IMG/VR virus record: IMGVR_UViG_3300018073_000012
Coordinates: 1 to 39,667 of that record
DNA: 39,667 bases
Origin: a virus
Lineage: Duplodnaviria; Caudoviricetes
Strand: one strand, 5' to 3'
Below, one piece after another: positions 18,269 through 27,374 of the stretch. The position numbers were made by a program, and so were the translations under genes. The notes under the pieces were generated by a model. It was not told the origin of the DNA, made no database searches, and saw only the letters and a list, made by a program, of their open reading frames with translations. The stretch's first letter is position 1; each line of letters starts with the position of its first letter.

Positions 18269-19756
18269 TCATGCCGCCCTCAGGATGGAGCCCATCACGC
18301 GACCCTCATCGATGTACTTGATGCCGCGACGCGACCGCACCGCGCGCGGGTCGATCTTCTCGACGTCCTGCGCCATCGGGCCGACGTGGCGCTCGTCGTT
18401 CGGATCGTCCTTGTACGAGTACTCGTAGATCGGCAGCTTCTTGCGCTCGCCGTCATCACCCGCGGAGAACACCGTCGCGATCTTGTGAATGTCGTCCTTC
18501 TGGGTGCGGTCAGACATCTTCATCATGCCTCCGGCCATCCCAAGTATTCCGCCCATCAACGCATTGTAGTTCTGGCTCTCCTGCTTGTAGATATCCATGT
18601 CCTGCGAGAAGCGCGTGTTGATCAGGCCCGCAACGTCAGTAGTCGGTATTTGATTGTTCGGCGTATTAACGAAGTTCGGGTTGTTAATCTGCGATCCCGA
18701 CAGTAGTGCGCTGATCTCGTTGATCGGTTGATTGCGCAGAGCGTATTGCTCAGACATGTATTGATTGCGGGACATGTTCTGAGCGTTGAATTTGCTTTGC
18801 GCCTGCGCGACCTGCTGCGCGAGCGCGGCGTTGCCGAACTCACCGCGCGCCGCCTCCTGCGTGAACTTGTTGCGCTGCGCCTCGTTGGCAAATTGCCCGG
18901 CCTGAAACTGCTCTTGGAATTGCTGCTTCTGCGCCTCGTTGGCGAACTGCGCGCGGCCGAACTTCTGGGTGTACTCCTGCTGCTGCGCGGCGTTCTGGAA
19001 GCCAGCGCGCTGCGCCGCCATGTCCATCATGCGCTGCTGCTCCTGACCACCAGCGGCGGTCACGCCCAGGCGCAGGTCGTTGGCTTGGCGATTGTAGTCG
19101 TCCATCGCCGACGTGTAGGCGGCGCTGCCATAGCGGATGCCCTGATCGGCGAGCCGCTGCTCGATGTTGCCGCGCTCGCGCGACAGCTGCGGGTTCAGTC
19201 GACCGTACAGCGCCTCCTCGACGCGGCCGCGATCGGCGCTGAAGTCGTCGGCCGGGCCGTAGTCCTTAGTGATCGCCCCGGCGTCGCCGAACTCGGTGAG
19301 CTGCTGACCATAGTCGCCGAGACTGGCCTGCGGAGAACCGGCGTCGCCGAACGAGGTCTTGGGCGCGAGGATGTTGCCGATCCAGTTGGCGTCGCCCGCC
19401 GCAGGCGCATCTTCAAGATTGATCTCGTTCGACAGCAGGTTCGAGAGGCGCTCGCTCTGCAGATTGGCCATGCCTGCCATATTGAACTTGGCGGCATCGG
19501 TCTGAGCCTTCAGCGCCAGCTGCTGCGGCGACAGCGTCTGCGTCGCAGTGAACGTCGGTATCTCGACCGCGAGCCCGGTGTAGGGATCGTTCCAAGTGTA
19601 GCTGCCGGTCGTGTCGTAGTTCAGCGAGCCGTCAGGCGTGACCTGATTGGTGTTGCCAAGAAACGCATTGGCGATCGACGTCCCGACGTTGGTCGACGTC
19701 GAGGCGCGCGCGGTTTCGACCGGGCTGGGCGGTGACGGCGGAGACGGCTTGCCCAT
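18269..19756 (-). CDS. Gln/Ala-rich ejection/pilot-like protein with C-terminal peptidase S74 (intramolecular chaperone) domain
   Basis: SDRTQK (Ser-Lys dyad spacing), IYEYSYK, HVGPMAQDVEK; 18-aa helical repeats. Confidence 0.75.
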   Translation of the reverse strand: MGKPSPPSPPSPVETARASTSTNVGTSIANAFLGNTNQVTPDGSLNYDTTGSYTWNDPYTGLAVEIPTFTATQTLSPQQLALKAQTDAAKFNMAGMANLQSERLSNLLSNEINLEDAPAAGDANWIGNILAPKTSFGDAGSPQASLGDYGQQLTEFGDAGAITKDYGPADDFSADRGRVEEALYGRLNPQLSRERGNIEQRLADQGIRYGSAAYTSAMDDYNRQANDLRLGVTAAGGQEQQRMMDMAAQRAGFQNAAQQQEYTQKFGRAQFANEAQKQQFQEQFQAGQFANEAQRNKFTQEAARGEFGNAALAQQVAQAQSKFNAQNMSRNQYMSEQYALRNQPINEISALLSGSQINNPNFVNTPNNQIPTTDVAGLINTRFSQDMDIYKQESQNYNALMGGILGMAGGMMKMSDRTQKDDIHKIATVFSAGDDGERKKLPIYEYSYKDDPNDERHVGPMAQDVEKIDPRAVRSRRGIKYIDEGRVMGSILRAA

Positions 19757-19763
19757 GCTTCAC

Positions 19764-20162
19764 CTAATACTGAGGCCCAACGGCGGGCGGCTGCACCATT
19801 TGCGGCGTCTGCGGCTGCGGCGGCGCGCCGAGTATCGGCGGCTGGCCGAAGTTCGGCCCGCCCGGTGTCATGCCGCCCGGCTGCATGGTCTGGCCCATCG
19901 ACTGCGGCATCAGCCCCGGCGTCGGCGAGATGCCCATACCCGGTGTTGGCGGCGTCATGCCCGGTGCTCCGGGTGGCTGCGCTCCCGGCGCGGTCGGGCC
20001 AGCTGGTGCCGGGATGCTGGTCATGGCGTTCGGCTGCGGCGGCATCTGCGACCGCGGCGGCGGGTTCTGCACGTTCATCAACGCCTGCGTGATGGCGTTG
20101 CGCTGCGCGCTCGATGTCTGCGGCAGGTACTGATTGATCATCTGCATATAGTCGGGCATCAC
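19764..20162 (-). CDS. Pro/Gln/Met-rich low-complexity protein
   Basis: Fills the gap in the late operon; GGAGG RBS. Confidence 0.6.
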   Translation of the reverse strand: MMPDYMQMINQYLPQTSSAQRNAITQALMNVQNPPPRSQMPPQPNAMTSIPAPAGPTAPGAQPPGAPGMTPPTPGMGISPTPGLMPQSMGQTMQPGGMTPGGPNFGQPPILGAPPQPQTPQMVQPPAVGPQY

Positions 20163-20635
20163 GCTGCCTCCGCGCGTTGCGGCTCAACATGATGCTGAAG
20201 CCGCTGGTTAAACCTGTTCTCGACCCAGTCCTCGAACGTCAGCGTCGCGATCACGCCGTCACGCTTGCGCCCGAACAGCCGCGGCACCTCGCGAAACGTG
20301 TAGCCGTAGACCGCGAGCTGGCGCAGCAGTCGCGTGTTGTTGGCAGGTATCCGCATCGCCACCATCTGGCATTCGCACTGATGGAACGGATACTGATGCA
20401 TGCGCGCGATCATCTCGCGCGTCAGCCAGCGCGCCGTGATCGCCGCGCCGCTGATCTCGATGATCGCCGCCTCTGGATCGTAGTTGTGGTAGACCAAGCC
20501 CGCGATCAGGCGGCCGTCGTCGTCGATCGCGCCGATCGTCTTGCACTCCCCGAAGCCGCGGCGGCAGTGCGGGATCATCTCCGCAACGAACTGCGCGATC
20601 AGCTGGTCGTACCCGTAGACAAACCGGAGCGTCAC
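20159..20635 (-). CDS. GNAT-fold protein (P22 gp14-like assembly factor)
   Basis: G...GRLIAGLVY, EISGAA...WLTR, YPF.Q..C, N...L..L...G pattern; typical position after the nozzle; GTG start 20635. Confidence 0.75.
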   Translation of the reverse strand: MTLRFVYGYDQLIAQFVAEMIPHCRRGFGECKTIGAIDDDGRLIAGLVYHNYDPEAAIIEISGAAITARWLTREMIARMHQYPFHQCECQMVAMRIPANNTRLLRQLAVYGYTFREVPRLFGRKRDGVIATLTFEDWVENRFNQRLQHHVEPQRAEAA

Positions 20636-21102
20636 GGCATCCACCATGCTTTCGGAGTGGGCACATAGGCCGCCTGCGCCTGCTCGTTCTCCATGACGCG
20701 CTGCGCGATCGCGGCGCGGCGCGCCTCGACGTCGTAGTTGCCGCCCTGCGCCGACGCCATCAGCGCCAGCGGGTCGACCTGCCCGCGATCGTCGCCGTAG
20801 CGCAGCTGGTCGGGAATGCGCCCGGCACCGTAGACGTCGCCGTAACCCTTCGGCTTCTGCGGCGGTCGCCATTCGTTCGGCATCCGCAGCTCGTCGACCA
20901 TCGCGCGGTTGATGCCCTGGTTTTGCTGCGTCCACGCCGCGACCGCCTGCTCGCTCGGCGCGTAGCCCTTGATGTAGGCGGGAGCAAACAGCCCGCCCAG
21001 CGCGCCCTGCGCGTTGTAGTCGGCGAGCAGTGCGCTCTCGGCCGCGGGTGCCGCGGCTGCTGCTGCGGCGGGGATCGGTGACGGGATCGGCGCTGTTGCC
21101 AT
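20632..21102 (-). CDS. Hypothetical virion-associated protein
   Basis: AGGAG RBS; late operon. Confidence 0.65.
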   Translation of the reverse strand: MATAPIPSPIPAAAAAAAPAAESALLADYNAQGALGGLFAPAYIKGYAPSEQAVAAWTQQNQGINRAMVDELRMPNEWRPPQKPKGYGDVYGAGRIPDQLRYGDDRGQVDPLALMASAQGGNYDVEARRAAIAQRVMENEQAQAAYVPTPKAWWMP

Positions 21103-21111
21103 GACGTGCTC

Positions 21112-22767
21112 CTAAACGGTGAACCCGGCGCGCTCATAGGTCGCCGCGATCGCAATCATCTCAACGGTGGGTTTGACCTGCTGCCCCACCGTGACCTGCA
21201 CGATCGGGGCGTGAGTGAAGCCGGTTTTGCCGATCGACACCCAGCCGGTGTGACGCACACTCGGCTGCGAAACGGCGGACTGGTCCCACTTTGCCTGATC
21301 CCACAGCCCCTGATCCCACACGTCTTGCAGGCCGGGGTCCGCGCCAGCGACAGGCGGCTGCGGGATATTGATAACATAGTCGGTGGTCGCCGACAGCTGA
21401 GGCTTGAACGGTTCGGAGCTGCCGGACAGGAACGACGCCCGCGCCTGCCGCCAGACCGCCGTACCGCCCTGCGTGCGGAATGTCTCCCAGTTGCCGACCA
21501 CCGTGGCGACATAGGGCTTACCGTCATCGTAGCCGGTGCGATCGGCCTGCATGACGATGCCGTCCTGCGTGCCGAAGAACATGTCGCCGTACGTTCTGAT
21601 CCAGCAGGTCGCGTCCCAGCCGGTGAACCGCGCCCACGCCCCGGTCGCGATGTTGACCATGGCGCACAATTTCTTGCCCGGCTTGCCATATGGCCAAGTG
21701 ACAAACAGCGCGCCGTATTCGTCCCACTTTTCCATCGTCCACGGATACTGGCGCTTCTGCAGCATCTCATCGCGCCACATGCTCTTGATCGGGCGCGAGA
21801 CTGAGGCCAGCTCAAGCTGCACGCCTTCCTTGGTGATGGCGGCGCTGATCGGGATGATGCCCTCGACCGTGGCGATCAAAAGATCACCGCCGACCGAGTG
21901 GTGCGCGTTCATGCCCAGAGGCTCTGCGGTTTCGTAGCGGCCCTCCTGTCGCCAGCTATTGGCGTTGCCGGGGTCGCTGCCGGTGAAGATGATCGCCTCG
22001 CCGAGATCGGTGACAAAGATGCACTTGTCGTCGATGCCGTCACCGGCGTCGAGCGACCACGTCGCGCCGAACAGCAGCTTGCCGCCCTTGGTCGCAGCGC
22101 CGGACAGCGGTATCTGCAGCAGCGCGCCCTGGATCGCGTTAAGCGGCAGGTACCATGCATTCATCGAGCCGCCCTCGATGAAGAACAGGCGGTTCTTATA
22201 CTTCCAGACGTAGGTGAGGTTGCCGCCATGCTCGACCGTGGTGTCGGGCGGGCCGTGGATTTCGTCGAGCGCCAGCGCCGTCCACGTCGTGCCGTCAAAC
22301 CGCAGCGGCGGGTCGCCGCTCTCGTTCACAGCGATCAGGTAGTCGCCCTCGGCGTTGGCCAGCTGCGCGGTAGCGTAGTTGCCGCTGGTCTGGCCTTCCT
22401 TCACCAAGATCGGGCCGCTCGCCGTGACGTCGAACAGCTTGGTCTGCTGCGCGGCGAACATCCGCTGCACATTGTTGCCGACGTAGTTGAAGCTGGAGAT
22501 CACCGGCAGACGCAGCGGGCTCGGCACCGGCGGCACCGTCGCGTCGAGCGCGTGCAGATCACACCAGCGGATGCAGCCGCCGCGCAGCTTCACGCCGCGC
22601 ATGGTCGGGGCCCAGTTGTCCTGCACCAGCGCACTGCCGGGCGGCATGAAGGCGAGGTTCTCGCTCTGGACGATGCCGCGCGTCGGCGCAGGGATCATCG
22701 CGACCTGCATCTGCTGCATTGCCTGCGGCGGCACCGGGACGCGACGACCTGCTTGATGAATGCTCAT
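21112..22767 (-). CDS. Tail nozzle / DNA stabilisation protein (P22 gp10 / tubular B-like beta-propeller)
   Basis: Size and position; PAPTRG, YKNRLFF, W..F.GW beta-propeller-like pattern; start re-called at 22767. Confidence 0.75.
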   Translation of the reverse strand: MSIHQAGRRVPVPPQAMQQMQVAMIPAPTRGIVQSENLAFMPPGSALVQDNWAPTMRGVKLRGGCIRWCDLHALDATVPPVPSPLRLPVISSFNYVGNNVQRMFAAQQTKLFDVTASGPILVKEGQTSGNYATAQLANAEGDYLIAVNESGDPPLRFDGTTWTALALDEIHGPPDTTVEHGGNLTYVWKYKNRLFFIEGGSMNAWYLPLNAIQGALLQIPLSGAATKGGKLLFGATWSLDAGDGIDDKCIFVTDLGEAIIFTGSDPGNANSWRQEGRYETAEPLGMNAHHSVGGDLLIATVEGIIPISAAITKEGVQLELASVSRPIKSMWRDEMLQKRQYPWTMEKWDEYGALFVTWPYGKPGKKLCAMVNIATGAWARFTGWDATCWIRTYGDMFFGTQDGIVMQADRTGYDDGKPYVATVVGNWETFRTQGGTAVWRQARASFLSGSSEPFKPQLSATTDYVINIPQPPVAGADPGLQDVWDQGLWDQAKWDQSAVSQPSVRHTGWVSIGKTGFTHAPIVQVTVGQQVKPTVEMIAIAATYERAGFTV

Positions 22768-23450
22768 TGCAGACACACCGCGATGAAGGCGGCGCTGCCG
22801 CCGGATATCGTTCCCGAACAGTTTACGCCAATGTTCAGCGGGTTCTGTCCGCCGGTGAACTTCTCCGACGCAGTCGTTGCGCCGTAGCTGGTTGCTCGCG
22901 CCGCGTCGCTGTTCTCGGTCAGCCCGGACCAAGTGAAGGTTCGCGCGCCGCCCCAGTACCCGGAGCGGGATGCAACGACAATGCCGCCATCGGCCGGAAC
23001 GACGATGCCGCTGTTCGTGAGGTTCTGCGTCGTGTGGTTCGTCACCCCTTCACTGTCGACCATCACAGGCAGCGTCCCCTTGTCGATCCTGTAGCAATCG
23101 ATTGCCCAGCCACCGAGTGACGCGGCTGCTGATGTTGACACGACAACATTGCCGACGCCGCCGCTCGGGATCGTCGCCAGAAACGCGGCTTGTTTTTCAG
23201 CGTTGGCGAGGTTGTGTTTGATGAGCGTGGCCGAGACACCAAGAATGGTGCAGGTCGTGATTGGATCGGTGTTGAAGTACGACATAGAGGCAATAACCAG
23301 AGCGTGCCGATTGGGCGATGCCACGCCGAAGTCGAAGCTCCTTGTGACTGTGGAGTTTCCATTGGTGGCGCTGTCAGACGCTCTGCCGATATACGTCAGC
23401 GCCAGCGCGGGCGTTCCAGAGCGAAACATCGGTGGCGGGACCAGCAGCAT
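22764..23450 (-). CDS. Fibre-associated beta-rich protein (putative adhesin/tip)
   Basis: Coupled (TGATG) to the collagen fibre; S/T/G-rich; visibly more AT-rich codons. Confidence 0.6.
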   Translation of the reverse strand: MLLVPPPMFRSGTPALALTYIGRASDSATNGNSTVTRSFDFGVASPNRHALVIASMSYFNTDPITTCTILGVSATLIKHNLANAEKQAAFLATIPSGGVGNVVVSTSAAASLGGWAIDCYRIDKGTLPVMVDSEGVTNHTTQNLTNSGIVVPADGGIVVASRSGYWGGARTFTWSGLTENSDAARATSYGATTASEKFTGGQNPLNIGVNCSGTISGGSAAFIAVCLQ

Positions 23451-24766
23451 CAGACCACCTTCAGGATTGTGAGGCAGGAGAAGTCGGCGGTGACGATGCA
23501 CGAGCACAAGAACTTCGATGCGGCCGTCGTGTCAAACGCACCGTCGACCTTCGTCCAGCCTGATGTCGTGATCGCGCCTGCGCCGGATGCGTTGATGACG
23601 GTCAGCGTGTACTGACCAAAGTTCGAGCCGGGCGCGATCGTGCCAGCGCCGTTGTTGGTGATCTTCTGGATCGGGCGATCGCCGGGGTCCGGCGTGATCG
23701 TGACGCCCGACAGGTTGCCAAGGTCTTTCGGCGTGATGCGCGCGCCGCCGGTGATGCTCTGATCCTCGACGGCGGCCGCCAGCTTGCCGCCCGCCAGGGC
23801 GTCGACGTAGCCCTTGTTGGTGGCGTGAACGTCGAGCGATGGCGCGGCGCCTCCCAGATAGAGCTGGTGAGTGATGAGAAACTGTGCGCCGTCGAAGAAG
23901 ATGTAACTCAGACCGCTGTTGCCGAACTGAGCCAGTCCCTGCGTCGGCTGACCGAGCTGGGTGCGCTTGATCCACAGGTCGTTGTCGATGTCGACGACGC
24001 CGGACGAGAACATCCCGCTGATGTTCACCGGCCCGCCCCACAGTGTGTAGGCGGTGCCGTTGTAGGTGAGGTACTTGTCGCCGCTGCCGAAGTAGTAGGT
24101 GCCGGGCACCGCCGCGCCGCCGGAGCGCACCACGCCGTTCACGGTCAAGCTGCCGGTGATGATGCCGCCAGCCGTGTCGAGCTTCGCCGTGTCGCTCGGG
24201 TGCCGGTGGTCGCCGCGCGTGTAGGCGGTCGACGAACCCGCGGCCGCGGTGCCGTTCATCAGCGGCGCGGCGTCGCTCGGGGTCTGCGGCGCGCCAGCCG
24301 GTCCCTGGATGCCCTGCGGGCCCTGGCTGCCGGTCGCGCCTGCGGGGCCCTGCGTGCCGGTCGCGCCAGTGGGCCCGGCCGGGCCAGCAGGGCCAACCGC
24401 ACCGTCAGCGCCCGCCGGTCCTGCTGGGCCCGGCACGGTGCTGTCGGCACCATCGGCACCGGCAGGCCCCGGGTCGCCCTGCGGGCCCGCTGGGCCTGCT
24501 GGCCCTGGTACGTTGCTGACGCCAGGGGCACCCTGCGGCCCGGCGGGGCCTGCAGGGCCCGCCGGTCCCGCGGGGCCGGGGACGTTGCTCACCCCCGGCG
24601 GTCCCGCAGGTCCCGCGGGCCCTGCGGCCCCCGGAGCGCCGTTAGGGCCGGGCGGGCCGGGCACGCCTGCCGCGCCCGGAGGCCCGGGCGGCCCTATCGG
24701 CCCCTGCAACGCGATGTTGTAGGCAGTGCCGGGCGGCGTTGTTTTTCCACCGCTAGAAAACGGCAT
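23450..24766 (-). CDS. Collagen-like fibre protein
   Basis: Long Gly-X-Y tract; RGDHRHP; HATNKGYVD; C-terminal domain paralogous to 12123..13523. Confidence 0.85.
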   Translation of the reverse strand: MPFSSGGKTTPPGTAYNIALQGPIGPPGPPGAAGVPGPPGPNGAPGAAGPAGPAGPPGVSNVPGPAGPAGPAGPAGPQGAPGVSNVPGPAGPAGPQGDPGPAGADGADSTVPGPAGPAGADGAVGPAGPAGPTGATGTQGPAGATGSQGPQGIQGPAGAPQTPSDAAPLMNGTAAAGSSTAYTRGDHRHPSDTAKLDTAGGIITGSLTVNGVVRSGGAAVPGTYYFGSGDKYLTYNGTAYTLWGGPVNISGMFSSGVVDIDNDLWIKRTQLGQPTQGLAQFGNSGLSYIFFDGAQFLITHQLYLGGAAPSLDVHATNKGYVDALAGGKLAAAVEDQSITGGARITPKDLGNLSGVTITPDPGDRPIQKITNNGAGTIAPGSNFGQYTLTVINASGAGAITTSGWTKVDGAFDTTAASKFLCSCIVTADFSCLTILKVV

Positions 24767-25481
24767 TGAAGGCATCCGATCGGAGTGGCCTGTCAATGAT
24801 GATCGGGGCCGGGCTGTCGGCACCGGATGCGACGTTCAGGGCATCGCCGTAGCTGCCCATGTCCTCGGCGTACGGCGAGCCCTTCTGTGCCTTCCACTGC
24901 CAGATCATCGCCAGCTTCAAGACGCGCTCACTGAGCACGAAGCAGTCGTTGTCGGCGATGAAGGCGTCGCCGACGCCGCCACCGCCCAGCGCGATGCAGT
25001 TCTTGTGCAGGTAGACAAACATCGCCTGCACCCCGACCGGCATGATCGGCAGGATGTACATGTTGCCGCCGAACATCGTCCACTCGCCGAAGCCGTCGAC
25101 CGTGCCGTTGATGCGGCGCTTCACCCAGCTGTCGGGATCGGAGATGAACTTCAGCGGGTTCTGCGGCGCGCCGCTAACCCACACGTTGGAGGTCAGCAGC
25201 ATGCGTTGGTAGTCGGCCGGGAGCGGAAACATCGTGGTGCCGACATATGCCGACGACGGATCAGGCTGTGGCGGCACCCACGCGCCGTCACCGACATAGG
25301 TCTGCACCTTGCGCAGCCGTGTCCACTCGCGGGTGTCGTAGGCGATGCGCTGCGCCATCTCGTTGGCGAGCGCGACCATCTCCTGCATGGTCCGGTTGGA
25401 GCCAATGTTCGTGAAAACGCTGGTCGGCAATTCGACGCCGACCACCGCACAGACATCTCGCACCACCGTCAACAGTGACAT
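24753..25481 (-). CDS. Head-tail adaptor (tubular protein A-like)
   Basis: MSLLTVV..VC, LP.DY, L..A.IWQWK..KG..YAE; position. Confidence 0.7.
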   Translation of the reverse strand: MSLLTVVRDVCAVVGVELPTSVFTNIGSNRTMQEMVALANEMAQRIAYDTREWTRLRKVQTYVGDGAWVPPQPDPSSAYVGTTMFPLPADYQRMLLTSNVWVSGAPQNPLKFISDPDSWVKRRINGTVDGFGEWTMFGGNMYILPIMPVGVQAMFVYLHKNCIALGGGGVGDAFIADNDCFVLSERVLKLAMIWQWKAQKGSPYAEDMGSYGDALNVASGADSPAPIIIDRPLRSDAFNAVF

Positions 25482-26203
25482 CACGCCGCCCTTGGTTTTG
25501 CCTCGCGCGCCATCCGCATCAGCGTCTTTGGTGACAGGTTGCCCTGCGGCGTGTGGCCGGTGTTGGCCGTGATGAACTCGCGCAGCTGATCGGGCGACAT
25601 GTCCTCGAACTCGTCAGCGCCGGGCGCAGTGATCGCCGCGGTGCGCTGCTTCAGCATGCTGTTGTCATCTTCCAGCGCCTGATTGCGCGCCCGCAGCGCC
25701 TCCAGCTCGGCCTGCATCTGCGTGGTGCCGGAGCCGACACGCGCCGCGGCGATGTATTCCTCGGCGTGGTTCTTCAGCTCACGCCCGCCCTGACCCAGGT
25801 TCTTCAGCTCCTGCCCGTCGATCGCGGCGAGCGCCTCGACCGTGTAGATGTTGAGCGCCTTCAGCTCGGCACGGCGTGCCTCGGTCAGGAATGGCGCGTG
25901 CGCGAGCGGCGTGCCGCTCTTGGTCTGCTGCGCGTGCGTCTTGAATTGCATGTACTGACGACGGAACCGCTCGGCGTAGCTGACCTTGATCTGGCCGCCC
26001 GTCTCAGGGTCGATCGCCCAGTGCGAGAAGCCGGTCGCCGGGAATACGCTCACCGAGCGGGAGCCGGGGAAGCGGATTTCGACGACCTCCATGTCGTCGT
26101 AAATCGGGCGGCCTTCGGCAGCGGAGCGGGCGACGTTGTGGACGTAGTGGTTCTTGAACGTGGGAACGAGCGAAGCATCTGGGTCGCGAGGATCGATCGG
26201 CAT
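25481..26203 (-). CDS. Conserved phage protein with coiled-coil C-terminus
   Basis: AGGAG RBS; AEGRPIY, SGTPL, NIYTVE.LA; follows the MCP. Confidence 0.7.
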   Translation of the reverse strand: MPIDPRDPDASLVPTFKNHYVHNVARSAAEGRPIYDDMEVVEIRFPGSRSVSVFPATGFSHWAIDPETGGQIKVSYAERFRRQYMQFKTHAQQTKSGTPLAHAPFLTEARRAELKALNIYTVEALAAIDGQELKNLGQGGRELKNHAEEYIAAARVGSGTTQMQAELEALRARNQALEDDNSMLKQRTAAITAPGADEFEDMSPDQLREFITANTGHTPQGNLSPKTLMRMAREAKPRAA

Positions 26204-26232
26204 AAAGTCTCTCCTGAGTTGCGTTTCCAAAT

Positions 26233-26316
26233 CCGCCGACGTCGCTGGAGACGACGTCGGCGGTCCCGGTGTCGGCGGAGGGCGGGAGGGTGCTGGCTAG
26301 AAACGCCCTCCGCCGA
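26233..26316 (-). terminator. Two strong hairpins after the major capsid gene
   Basis: 12-bp IR 26233-26244/26252-26263; 13-bp IR 26272-26284/26304-26316; no clear U-tract. Confidence 0.55.
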
Positions 26317-26324
26317 ACAGAGGG

Positions 26325-27347
26325 TTAGGTCGCAGGGTTGCTGTCGTAGAGCCGCCAGCTGAACATCGGATTGGTCATGGTCAGCTCGCCCATCCAGCCG
26401 ATAAACTGAGCGATCGCGTCCTTGTCGATCGGCATCTGGCCTTCGCCGTCGAACACCTTGTCGAAGTTACGCGACGGGTGATAACGCAGGCGGAAGCTGT
26501 CGGTGTTCAGGCCGAACGTGGTGTTGGCTGGCATGTTGCTGCCAATGCCACCGTCGAGCACGATCTCGGCCCGCTTGCCGCCGCCGATATATTCCAGCGC
26601 CGAGAAGCCAAGCTTGCCGGTCGACGTCTCGTTGGTCTGGCGCTGGATTTGGATCGTCGCCGCGTCGTATGCCGCGTAGTGCTCCGGCGACATGATGATC
26701 AGGTCAGCATAGTCACGACCGCGCGACTGCTTGGTCATGATGCTGTTGAGCAGTGGACGGATGGTGTCCTTGTTGACCTGGGTGCCGATCGCCGGGTTGA
26801 CGGTCTGCGCGTCGTACGTTTTGGTCTGCCAGATCACCGCGGTGGCGCGATCGATGCCGCCGTAGACGCCACTGTTGACCACGATCGGCACGGCGGTCGC
26901 GAGGCCGGTGAGCTGCTTGCCGCCGTTGGCGGTGCCGTCACCGTACAGCGCGGCGTCCATGGTATCTTCCAGCGAACGCTCGGCAGCACCGATATAGCTG
27001 TCGTAGACATCCATCAGCTGGTTGTCGCCCTCGTTGTTCAGTATCTCCTGCATCGACAGGATCACCGGCACGACGACCATCTTGGGATCGTAGTAGGCGT
27101 CGTTGAACAGATCGATCGCCGGGTTCAAGAGCTGGTCGTAGCCCGAGTACCACTGGGCAACCTGCTTGCCGACCTGCAGCGTCTGCCGGATGCGCGGACC
27201 GGAGTAGGTCTGCCACAGGCCTTTACGCTTCATCACTGCGAGCAGGGCGTTGTTGTTCGAAACCAAGTCCTCATAGCCTGAGGCCCGGTCCTCCAGCGCC
27301 ATCGACAAGACTTGCTGGTAGTAGGCTGACGTCTGAATGTTCGGCAT
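26325..27347 (-). CDS. Major capsid protein
   Basis: 340 aa after the scaffold; YSGYD.L, LYGDGT..GKQLTGL, YGGIDR...W, GELT..NP. Confidence 0.85.
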   Translation of the reverse strand: MPNIQTSAYYQQVLSMALEDRASGYEDLVSNNNALLAVMKRKGLWQTYSGPRIRQTLQVGKQVAQWYSGYDQLLNPAIDLFNDAYYDPKMVVVPVILSMQEILNNEGDNQLMDVYDSYIGAAERSLEDTMDAALYGDGTANGGKQLTGLATAVPIVVNSGVYGGIDRATAVIWQTKTYDAQTVNPAIGTQVNKDTIRPLLNSIMTKQSRGRDYADLIIMSPEHYAAYDAATIQIQRQTNETSTGKLGFSALEYIGGGKRAEIVLDGGIGSNMPANTTFGLNTDSFRLRYHPSRNFDKVFDGEGQMPIDKDAIAQFIGWMGELTMTNPMFSWRLYDSNPAT

Positions 27348-27374
27348 CGTCGGTTCTCTCCGATATGAAAACGG

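Noticed and set aside
12123-23780. Diversity-generating retroelement TR/VR pair between the fibre tips
   Set aside because: No reverse transcriptase; differences are general rather than adenine-specific
24280-24710. GC-rich repeats as a CRISPR array or non-coding repeat
   Set aside because: They encode collagen Gly-X-Y triplets; no repeat-spacer structure
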